Shown here one piece after another: positions 1 through 5,654 of a stretch of DNA of 60,968 nt (position 1 is the first letter of the stretch; each line of letters begins with the position of its first letter). The notes below the pieces were generated by a model that was not told where the DNA came from, did no database searches, and worked only from the letters and a program-made list of their open reading frames with translations. The stretch is from Candidatus Aminicenantes bacterium. Its GTDB lineage: Bacteria > Acidobacteriota > Aminicenantia > Aminicenantales > Aminicenantaceae. The stretch is from NCBI GenBank assembly GCA_029882525.1, contig JAOUKO010000002.1, forward strand, positions 1 through 60,968, written 5' to 3'. Position numbers and translations under genes: made by a program.

Positions 1-188
1 CCGATACGAGTTACCTGTTCGAGCCGGGCTTTAGCCTCAACTCGCATCTGGATGATATCGCCAAGAATTACATCGAGCAGGCGCGCCATGCCGCCGGAGG
101 GAAACTCAGGGAAACGGCTTCTATCCTTGGAATCAGCTACCGCACTTTGAGATACCTTATCGATAAATACGGGCTGAAATCGAGCTGA
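1..188 (+). CDS. C-terminal fragment of a sigma-54-dependent enhancer-binding protein (Fis-type HTH tail)
   Basis: Frame 3 is open from the window edge to TGA at 186-188. It translates to ...AKNYIEQARHAAGGKLRETASILGISYRTLRYLIDKYGLKSS*, the HTH_8/Fis DNA-binding tail typical of NtrC-family activators. The N-terminus lies outside the window. Confidence 0.75.
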   Translation, partial: DTSYLFEPGFSLNSHLDDIAKNYIEQARHAAGGKLRETASILGISYRTLRYLIDKYGLKSS

Positions 189-223
189 GGTAAAAACAAA
201 AGAATTTTCTTCCGTTTTGTGTG

Positions 224-290
224 GGTAAAATACGGCATGGAAACGACAGGAAAATCGCCTCGCTCCAGTCGGATTTTTAACGCCATTCCC
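224..290. repeat. Degenerate copy (D3) of the D hairpin repeat
   Basis: Shares GTAAAATACG, TCGCTCC and an exact 17-mer TTTTTAACGCCATTCCC with the D copies at 30052-30114 and 51992-52052. The right arm has diverged. Confidence 0.45.
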
Positions 291-395
291 TCACCGTCCC
301 TTTTGGCGGTCTCGAAACTCCGCACGCCAGCGAGTGAGGAAGTCGATCGTCCGAACTCTCCTGCTGCTTTACCTTCTGTCCCCAGCGTGCTCAAA

Positions 396-451
396 CATCT
401 CGACCGGCCGGCTGTGCCGGCTTCCCTCAGGGATGGTTCAGGAAGGCTAAA
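396..451. repeat. E-family repeat modules (E1), contiguous form
   Basis: CATCTCGACCGGCC..GGCTTCCCTCAGGGA followed 3 nt later by TTCAGGAAGGCTAAA. The same two modules recur at 23094-23128 and 23288-23302, separated there by a 159-bp insert. Confidence 0.4.
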
Positions 452-574
452 TCCTCGATGTCGCTCCGGCCATTTCCCTGCCGTTCCACCTGTTTAATGA
501 ATGTTTTTATTAGCCATACAATATGGAATAGGGCTAACAAAATAAATACTAGGGGAAAATGAAAACTCATAAAA

Positions 575-611
575 ATGACAATTTATGTCATTATCTGCCA
601 ATTATTGTCAT
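575..611. promoter_or_regulatory. Candidate upstream activator sequence: dyad ATGACA-N5-TGTCAT plus an extra TGTCAT half-site
   Basis: ATGACAATTTATGTCAT at 575-591 is a perfect 6-bp dyad, and TGTCAT recurs at 606-611. The site lies about 75-110 bp upstream of the -24 element at 682, the usual distance for an EBP binding site. Confidence 0.35.
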
Positions 612-654
612 TCTTTAACACAAAAACCGGCTAGAAATGCCATAAATTATTTAT

Positions 655-667
655 TATCAATTATTTA
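655..667 (+). promoter_or_regulatory. IHF-consensus site between the UAS and the sigma-54 promoter
   Basis: TATCAATTATTTA fits WATCAANNNNTTR exactly. The region is AT-rich, so a chance match is possible. Confidence 0.3.
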
Positions 668-681
668 AGAATTTTATGGGT

Positions 682-697
682 TGGCATGAAAGTTGCA
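682..697 (+). promoter_or_regulatory. Sigma-54 (-24/-12) promoter
   Basis: TGGCATgaaagTTGCA versus the consensus TGGCAC-N5-TTGCW, with GG and GC correctly spaced. It lies 83 nt upstream of the ATG at 780, and an EBP gene ends at 188. Confidence 0.75.
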
Positions 698-779
698 AAT
701 ATATATTCGCCGGCCAAGATTAAGAGGTTTTGGCCTTGTGCTTCGACGGAGAGTCGAAAAAAATATTAGGAGGTTTTAG

Positions 780-1319
780 ATGTTAAAAAAATTAAGAGGC
801 TTTACACTGATTGAGCTGCTGATCGTTGTCGCAATCATCGGTATTCTTGCAGCGCTCCTCATCCCCAACGCGATCACCGCCATCCAGAAAGCCAAGCAGA
901 AAACCGTCATGAAGGACATCATGACTATTGGCACAGCCCTTGCCGACTACGTGACTGACAACGGGACCACGCCCGTTCAGAGCGGCACTTATGATGCCAG
1001 TGCTGTCTTCTACGATGCTCTTTCCCCGTTCTATATCAAGGTTATGCCGATCAACGACCAGTGGGGCAATCCTTACAACGCCTACTGCGGTACTGATGTG
1101 GATGGAAACTACGGAATCACTGGAGCCGGTGGCGATGATTTTGTCGTTGCTTCCTGGGGAAGAGATAAGACTATTGAACCCTTTACTTTCGATGATTCCA
1201 ATCCTGAATCGGGTCTGTTCATAGTCAACCAGATGGCGCATTTTAACAATGACCTGGTCATGTGGAACGGCTCCTGGATCCGGGCTCCGAGGACCGCTGC
1301 AACCGGAACCGGTTCATAA
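780..1319 (+). CDS. GspG-like pseudopilin / prepilin-type N-terminal methylation domain protein
   Basis: AGGAGG at 768-773 sits 6 nt before the ATG. MLKKLRGFTLIELLIVVAIIGILAA is the prepilin cleavage/methylation motif. DQWGNPY and DFVVASWGRD resemble the GspG signature. Confidence 0.85.
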   Translation: MLKKLRGFTLIELLIVVAIIGILAALLIPNAITAIQKAKQKTVMKDIMTIGTALADYVTDNGTTPVQSGTYDASAVFYDALSPFYIKVMPINDQWGNPYNAYCGTDVDGNYGITGAGGDDFVVASWGRDKTIEPFTFDDSNPESGLFIVNQMAHFNNDLVMWNGSWIRAPRTAATGTGS

Positions 1320-1363
1320 TTTTATCCAGGGTTCTGCTGAACAGCTGAGTTTATCCCGAAAAA

Positions 1364-1397
1364 GGGCGATGCGCACAACGCATCGCCCTTTTTTTTT
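1364..1397 (+). terminator. Rho-independent terminator
   Basis: GGGCGATGCG-cacaa-CGCATCGCCC forms a perfect 10-bp stem and is followed by nine T. Confidence 0.85.
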
Positions 1398-1411
1398 AGG
1401 ATTGATTTTAG

Positions 1412-1417
1412 TATAAT
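1412..1417 (+). promoter_or_regulatory. Possible sigma-70 -10 box for the second pseudopilin gene
   Basis: A perfect TATAAT lies 36 nt upstream of the ATG at 1453 and just after the terminator. There is no convincing -35 element. Confidence 0.3.
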
Positions 1418-1452
1418 CCCTGCCAAACATCCGTCTAGAGAGGAGGCGTGAA

Positions 1453-2010
1453 ATGGAAAAGAGCCATAAGGGGTTCACGCTGATCGAACTGCTGATCGTG
1501 ATTGCTGTCATCGGTGTCCTGGCGGCGATACTCATCCCCAACGCTTTGTCCTCCATCCAGAAAGCCAAACAGAAGCAGACCATGAAGGATATCATAGGAA
1601 TCGCCACAGCCTGCGCGGATTACATCACCAGCACGGGGTACGCTCCTGACTCTGGAAATCAATCCGGCCCGATCAGTACGGCCAGCGATTTTATTACTGA
1701 GATCGCCCCGACTTTCATCAAAGCCTGTCCCGTTATTGATCAATGGGGACACGCTTTCCGGGCTTACACCGGGACCGCGGTGGCCAATGCCTACGGGATC
1801 CCGGCTGGCGGTCTGGGTACAGATGACTTCCTGATTGTCTCCTACGGTCGAGACGGAGCACTCGGCGGGACCATCTCTTTCACCTTCCAGGAGGACAATC
1901 CGACAGCAGGCATGTACAACGTGCGATCTATGGCGGATTTCAATAATGATATGGTCAACATGAACGGCACCTGGCTGCATGCTCCCCGGATCTCGGCGGA
2001 AGGGTCATAA
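1453..2010 (+). CDS. GspG-like pseudopilin, paralog of 780-1319
   Basis: AGGAGG at 1441-1446. MEKSHKGFTLIELLIVIAVIGVLAA, DQWGHAF and DFLIVSYGRDG. It is collinear with the upstream paralog, including the C-terminal NNDMVNMNGTWLHAPR tail. Confidence 0.85.
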   Translation: MEKSHKGFTLIELLIVIAVIGVLAAILIPNALSSIQKAKQKQTMKDIIGIATACADYITSTGYAPDSGNQSGPISTASDFITEIAPTFIKACPVIDQWGHAFRAYTGTAVANAYGIPAGGLGTDDFLIVSYGRDGALGGTISFTFQEDNPTAGMYNVRSMADFNNDMVNMNGTWLHAPRISAEGS

Positions 2011-2094
2011 GTCCAACCCGTCCTGTTCCTCCCTTAGGCCAAAGCTGCCCATAGAAAATCACCAGGGCCATCTCTGGCTGAATCCCTGCGCAAG

Positions 2095-2463
2095 CATCTC
2101 TATTTTCTTGATAGTTACTTATGAAGATGTATTCTGTTACAGCGCCGGTTCCCCTCCATCCTAGCCAAGATCCTCCCACACTCCTTCATGGGCATCGGAT
2201 GGAGGGGAACCGCCGCCGCACTTCTCAACTCATATTAACGTAATAATTCGTGTGACATTCTCTATTGAGCGGACCTGGATGCCGCTCTCGAGCCCCTGTA
2301 GCGGAGGGGAGACCCGTCGGTTTATCCGACGGGGGGAACCGACGGGACAGGTTCCCTCGGGGTCCGGGGGCTGAGGGCGGCATCCAGGCCGCACATAGAT
2401 TGTAACCTTATTTACTGCGTTTACATGAGATCAGATGTTTCCCTCCTCACGGAAATAGAGATG
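2095..2463 (+). repeat. Mosaic palindromic repeat, copy 1 (long form H-A-T with nested B element)
   Basis: TIRs are CATCTCTATTTTCTTGA (left) and TCACGGAAATAGAGATG (right). Hairpin A stems are at 2147-2161 and 2197-2211. Hairpin B spans 2274-2388. The whole copy is the reverse complement of 23382-23750. Confidence 0.85.
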
Positions 2464-2496
2464 ATTACAATCCCTGCTCTTTTTTTAAAGGAGATG

Positions 2497-2505
2497 TGAT
2501 ATAAT
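2497..2505 (+). promoter_or_regulatory. Possible extended -10 promoter (TGaTATAAT) for plsC
   Basis: TGATATAAT ends 15 nt before the ATG at 2520. That implies a very short leader and there is no SD sequence, so the call is tentative. Confidence 0.3.
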
Positions 2506-2519
2506 CTCAAAAACCGGCC

Positions 2520-3239
2520 ATGCGAACCATCGTCCTGTTTGCCTTTTGTGTTATCGCTGGTCTTCTCCTCATCCCGGTCATCATCATCTGTTTCCTGATC
2601 AGGTGGCCCTATCCTCTGTTTCCCCTGGGAAAAGGAGCGATACGCATCGGACAGAAGATCTTAGGTATGCGTCTGGATGTCTCCGGCCTGGAACACGTGG
2701 AAAAAAAGGCTTCTTATGTGTTCATGTCCAATCATCTGAGCGCCATAGACGGCCCTTTGCTTTTCATCCTCATTCCTCAGGCTATTAGGGTGATCCTGAA
2801 GAAAGAATCATTCAGGATCCCGGTAGTCGGTCAAAGCATGAGACTGGTGGGATTTGTTCCTGTGGACAGGAAGGGCATAAGAGGAGGGAAAAAGAGTATA
2901 GACCGGGCTGTTCGCATGATAAGGGAGAAAGGCCATTCCTTCCTGATATTTCCCGAAGGCACCAGGAGCAGGGACGGGAAGCTCCAGCCTTTCAAGCGGG
3001 GTGGATTCTTTCTGGCTCTGAACAGTCAGGTTCCTGTGGCACCGGTGAGTATCCAGGGGACCTTCGAACTCATGCCCAAGGGGGCTTTCTTCATCAGGAA
3101 GGGAAAGGTCAAGGTTCGCTTTCATCCGGCTGTCCCGGTTGGGGGATTTGACCGCGACAGCCTTCCGCAATTGATAGATAAGGTGCAAAAAGTTATCCGC
3201 TCAGGATTGGATGAAAGACAAAATGAGGAGGAAAGATGA
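2520..3239 (+). CDS. plsC: 1-acyl-sn-glycerol-3-phosphate acyltransferase
   Basis: NHLSAIDG (HX4D) and FPEGTRS motifs, with an N-terminal TM helix. Confidence 0.85.
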   Translation: MRTIVLFAFCVIAGLLLIPVIIICFLIRWPYPLFPLGKGAIRIGQKILGMRLDVSGLEHVEKKASYVFMSNHLSAIDGPLLFILIPQAIRVILKKESFRIPVVGQSMRLVGFVPVDRKGIRGGKKSIDRAVRMIREKGHSFLIFPEGTRSRDGKLQPFKRGGFFLALNSQVPVAPVSIQGTFELMPKGAFFIRKGKVKVRFHPAVPVGGFDRDSLPQLIDKVQKVIRSGLDERQNEEER

Positions 3240-3799
3240 GTTACCAGGATGTCATTTGCGAATGGAAGGAGACAGCAGAGGAATTTTTTAAGACCCGAGA
3301 ACATATTTTCAAGGAAGTCATTAGCCTCTCCATCGAGAGATTAAGGTCTGGAAATAAAATTCTTGTGTTTGGAAACGGCGGCAGCGCCGCTCAGGCACAG
3401 CATTTCGCCGCAGAGCTTGTCAATAGGTTTTTAAAAACAAGGCCTCCGCTTCGAGCCATAGCCCTATCCACGGATACCTCTGCCTTGACTTCCATAGCCA
3501 ATGACTCGTCCTTCGATCATGTCTTTTCCCGGCAGGTCGAGGCCCTCGGGAATCAGGGTGATGTGGCTTTGGGCCTTTCCACCAGCGGGAACTCCCCCAA
3601 CATGCTTGAAGCCATGAGGGCTGCCAGAGAGAGGGGCCTGATCACTGTGGCTCTGACAGGAAAAGGGGGCGGGAAGCTAGGTCCGCTCGTCGATTACTTG
3701 CTCGATGTCCCTTCGAAGAAGACCCCGAGAATTCAGGAAATTCATATCCTCCTCCTTCATCTTTTGGCTCAAGAGATTGAAGAGAAATCGGGATCGTGA
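3236..3799 (+). CDS. gmhA: D-sedoheptulose-7-phosphate isomerase (SIS domain)
   Basis: ILVFGNGGSAAQAQHFAAELV and STSGNSPN. ATGA overlap with plsC. Confidence 0.8.
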   Translation: MSYQDVICEWKETAEEFFKTREHIFKEVISLSIERLRSGNKILVFGNGGSAAQAQHFAAELVNRFLKTRPPLRAIALSTDTSALTSIANDSSFDHVFSRQVEALGNQGDVALGLSTSGNSPNMLEAMRAARERGLITVALTGKGGGKLGPLVDYLLDVPSKKTPRIQEIHILLLHLLAQEIEEKSGS

Positions 3800-3808
3800 C
3801 TTGCAGTT

Positions 3809-5638
3809 TTATTTCCGCCAGAACCTTTCTTTTCGGGGCCTGGATTTGAATTCCCAAAAGGCGGGAGCTTTTTCCTCAGCGGCTTGAGCCCCAGGGACAA
3901 AGATTTTTTCCTTCTCCCCGCTTTTATCGATCCGGAAAGAGCGCTCCGCTGCATACAGGATCTCTTGCCTCAGGCCCTCTGAAGCGATCTCCTCTGTAAA
4001 GCTGCGTCTTCCGTCCACCAGGTCCTTGATATAATACTGGATCTGTTCTTCGGAGTAGAAGTTCCGGATGTCGTATTCATCAAGGCTTTTTCCTTCGCAG
4101 ACCTTGATCTCCTTTGTTCCCAGGATATCTCTTTCATAATGGTTGGTTCCTCGAAGGTCACCTCTCTGGATCTGAGCCATGAGGCTGATGGGGACCCGGC
4201 TCACCTTGCGCACCAGCCTCTTCTTCTGCTGGCCGTTTACGTCGTAAGCTTCGATGATCTCACCCAGTCCACCGGTGTTGTACTGCATGAATTTGACTTT
4301 TCCCGGGAAATTGCTGACCAGAGTCATGATGATTTCATAAAAGCGGTTGACCTTTTTCGCCCTGGACCCGATGATGAACGGGTCGGTGCCGACGATGCGC
4401 ACCGATTCGCCGGCTTTGTCAGGTTGACTGGCGTAGCTGTGGGTGCTTTCTCCCCAGAGATAAGCCAGGACAGCCTGTTCGGGCGTTAACTCCTGGGCAA
4501 AGCTCATGATGGTATTCCTTCTGGTTATAAAGGCAAAGATGAGTCCGTCGAGCTCCTGAAGAGGCGGAAGGTTGATGGATTTGGAGGCGATCCCGACCAT
4601 CTTTCCTTTTATATTGGCTTGCAGCTTTCTGCGCTGGACAACGGCCCTTCCGTTGGCTGTCAGGCTTTCGTCCATGAAATCGACATCCCCGTTGGAGTTG
4701 ATCATCACATTTTCAAGGAGTGCGGATTTATCAATCAGCGCGTTGAACATCGCTTCTTGGTATTCTTTCTCAACGTCTGTCTTGACGAAGAAATTGTCTT
4801 CTGAGCCCAGCGCAGAACCGTCATTCTTCAAGAAGACGATGTCATCCTGGGTCACTTCGGTCTTTTCGCCTCTTCCATGATCCAGGCCGAGCTGATGGCA
4901 GGACCAGGTGGATTTTCCGGTCGCGCTCAGGCCGAAGAGGAACACCCCATAGGTTTTGAGCCTGTTGTCAGCATCCCTGACCGTCACCATCTTGGTCCCG
5001 GAGTGAAGGCCGAGCATGCCTTTTTCATCCGCTGTCCACATTGCCTGCCGGAGAAATCCCTTTTTATCTTCTCCCATGTAGTCGGTTCCCAGGGCGATAT
5101 TGATCTTTTCTTCGGGGATGACAAGGACCTGCTGCCTCAAGAGATGCTCTTCGGGGATGTGAATCATGATGAACTCGGGTCCCGGTCGCCTGCCTGGTTT
5201 GAACATGGTATTGCCCCACATGCAGCCCAGACGGTAGTTTGTCTGGTCGGCTTCGGATACATAGAGGTTGCAGACAGGATTATAGGTTTCGTTCTCCCCC
5301 ATCTGCCTGCGTATGCAGCAAAAAGGAAGGGTTCGCAGCAGATGGAGAACCTTGTCCAACTCTTCGGGGGCACTGGCGATCAGGTTTTTCTGAGCTTCTG
5401 TGGGGTGGGGAAGGCGGACTTTTTCACTTCCCAGGTAGACAGTTTTAGGGGCAATCCGGCTGGATATGGCCGAGCGCCAGCCGTAAGAGCCGTATTTTGT
5501 CCGCATTCCTGCAGCCTTGGCTCTGGGCTCGAGCCATTTGAGGCTGACGGTCTTGATGTTGGGTCCCTTTAATACTCTTTGAAGTTCTTCGCTAAATTTT
5601 TTATAGGCTGTTTCGTTAAAAATGCTTTGGTTATCCAT
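3809..5638 (-). CDS. Divergent ATP-type phosphoenolpyruvate carboxykinase-like protein
   Basis: Motifs are collinear with PckA: DYMGEDKKG (YAGEMKKG), LHSG (MHCS), FGLSATGKST (GLSGTGKTT P-loop), TQDDIVF (GDDEH), LENV, ANGRAV, QYNTGG (NTGWNG). I chose the start at MDNQS (ATG 5638) because the longer ORF to 5752 would overlap the upstream gene by 98 nt. Confidence 0.7.
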   Translation of the reverse strand: MDNQSIFNETAYKKFSEELQRVLKGPNIKTVSLKWLEPRAKAAGMRTKYGSYGWRSAISSRIAPKTVYLGSEKVRLPHPTEAQKNLIASAPEELDKVLHLLRTLPFCCIRRQMGENETYNPVCNLYVSEADQTNYRLGCMWGNTMFKPGRRPGPEFIMIHIPEEHLLRQQVLVIPEEKINIALGTDYMGEDKKGFLRQAMWTADEKGMLGLHSGTKMVTVRDADNRLKTYGVFLFGLSATGKSTWSCHQLGLDHGRGEKTEVTQDDIVFLKNDGSALGSEDNFFVKTDVEKEYQEAMFNALIDKSALLENVMINSNGDVDFMDESLTANGRAVVQRRKLQANIKGKMVGIASKSINLPPLQELDGLIFAFITRRNTIMSFAQELTPEQAVLAYLWGESTHSYASQPDKAGESVRIVGTDPFIIGSRAKKVNRFYEIIMTLVSNFPGKVKFMQYNTGGLGEIIEAYDVNGQQKKRLVRKVSRVPISLMAQIQRGDLRGTNHYERDILGTKEIKVCEGKSLDEYDIRNFYSEEQIQYYIKDLVDGRRSFTEEIASEGLRQEILYAAERSFRIDKSGEKEKIFVPGAQAAEEKAPAFWEFKSRPRKERFWRK

Positions 5639-5654
5639 GGCTGTGTTGTTGAAA

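Noticed and set aside
219-497. ORFs of 92 aa (plus strand) and 85 aa (minus strand, 137-394) in the spacer between the EBP gene and the pseudopilin promoter.
   Set aside because: They lie within D3/E1 repeat DNA, have no RBS, and translate to low-complexity Pro/Ser/Arg-rich sequence.
929-944. TGGCAC-agccc-TTGCC, a sigma-54-like -24/-12 match.
   Set aside because: It lies inside the pseudopilin 1 coding sequence (encoding IGTALAD) with no downstream gene start. The paralog lacks the match at the equivalent position, so it is probably coincidental.
2147-2211. Interpretation of hairpin A as a recombinase-driven invertible promoter switch (inverton).
   Set aside because: The invertible segment would be only 35 bp. 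It contains no promoter-like hexamers, and no invertase gene is nearby. The orientation difference is kept as an observation, but not as a phase-variation claim.
2095-2463. CRISPR array or tandem-repeat explanation for the recurring hairpins.
   Set aside because: The copies are 4-20 kb apart and occur in both orientations. There is no regular repeat-spacer periodicity and there are no cas genes.
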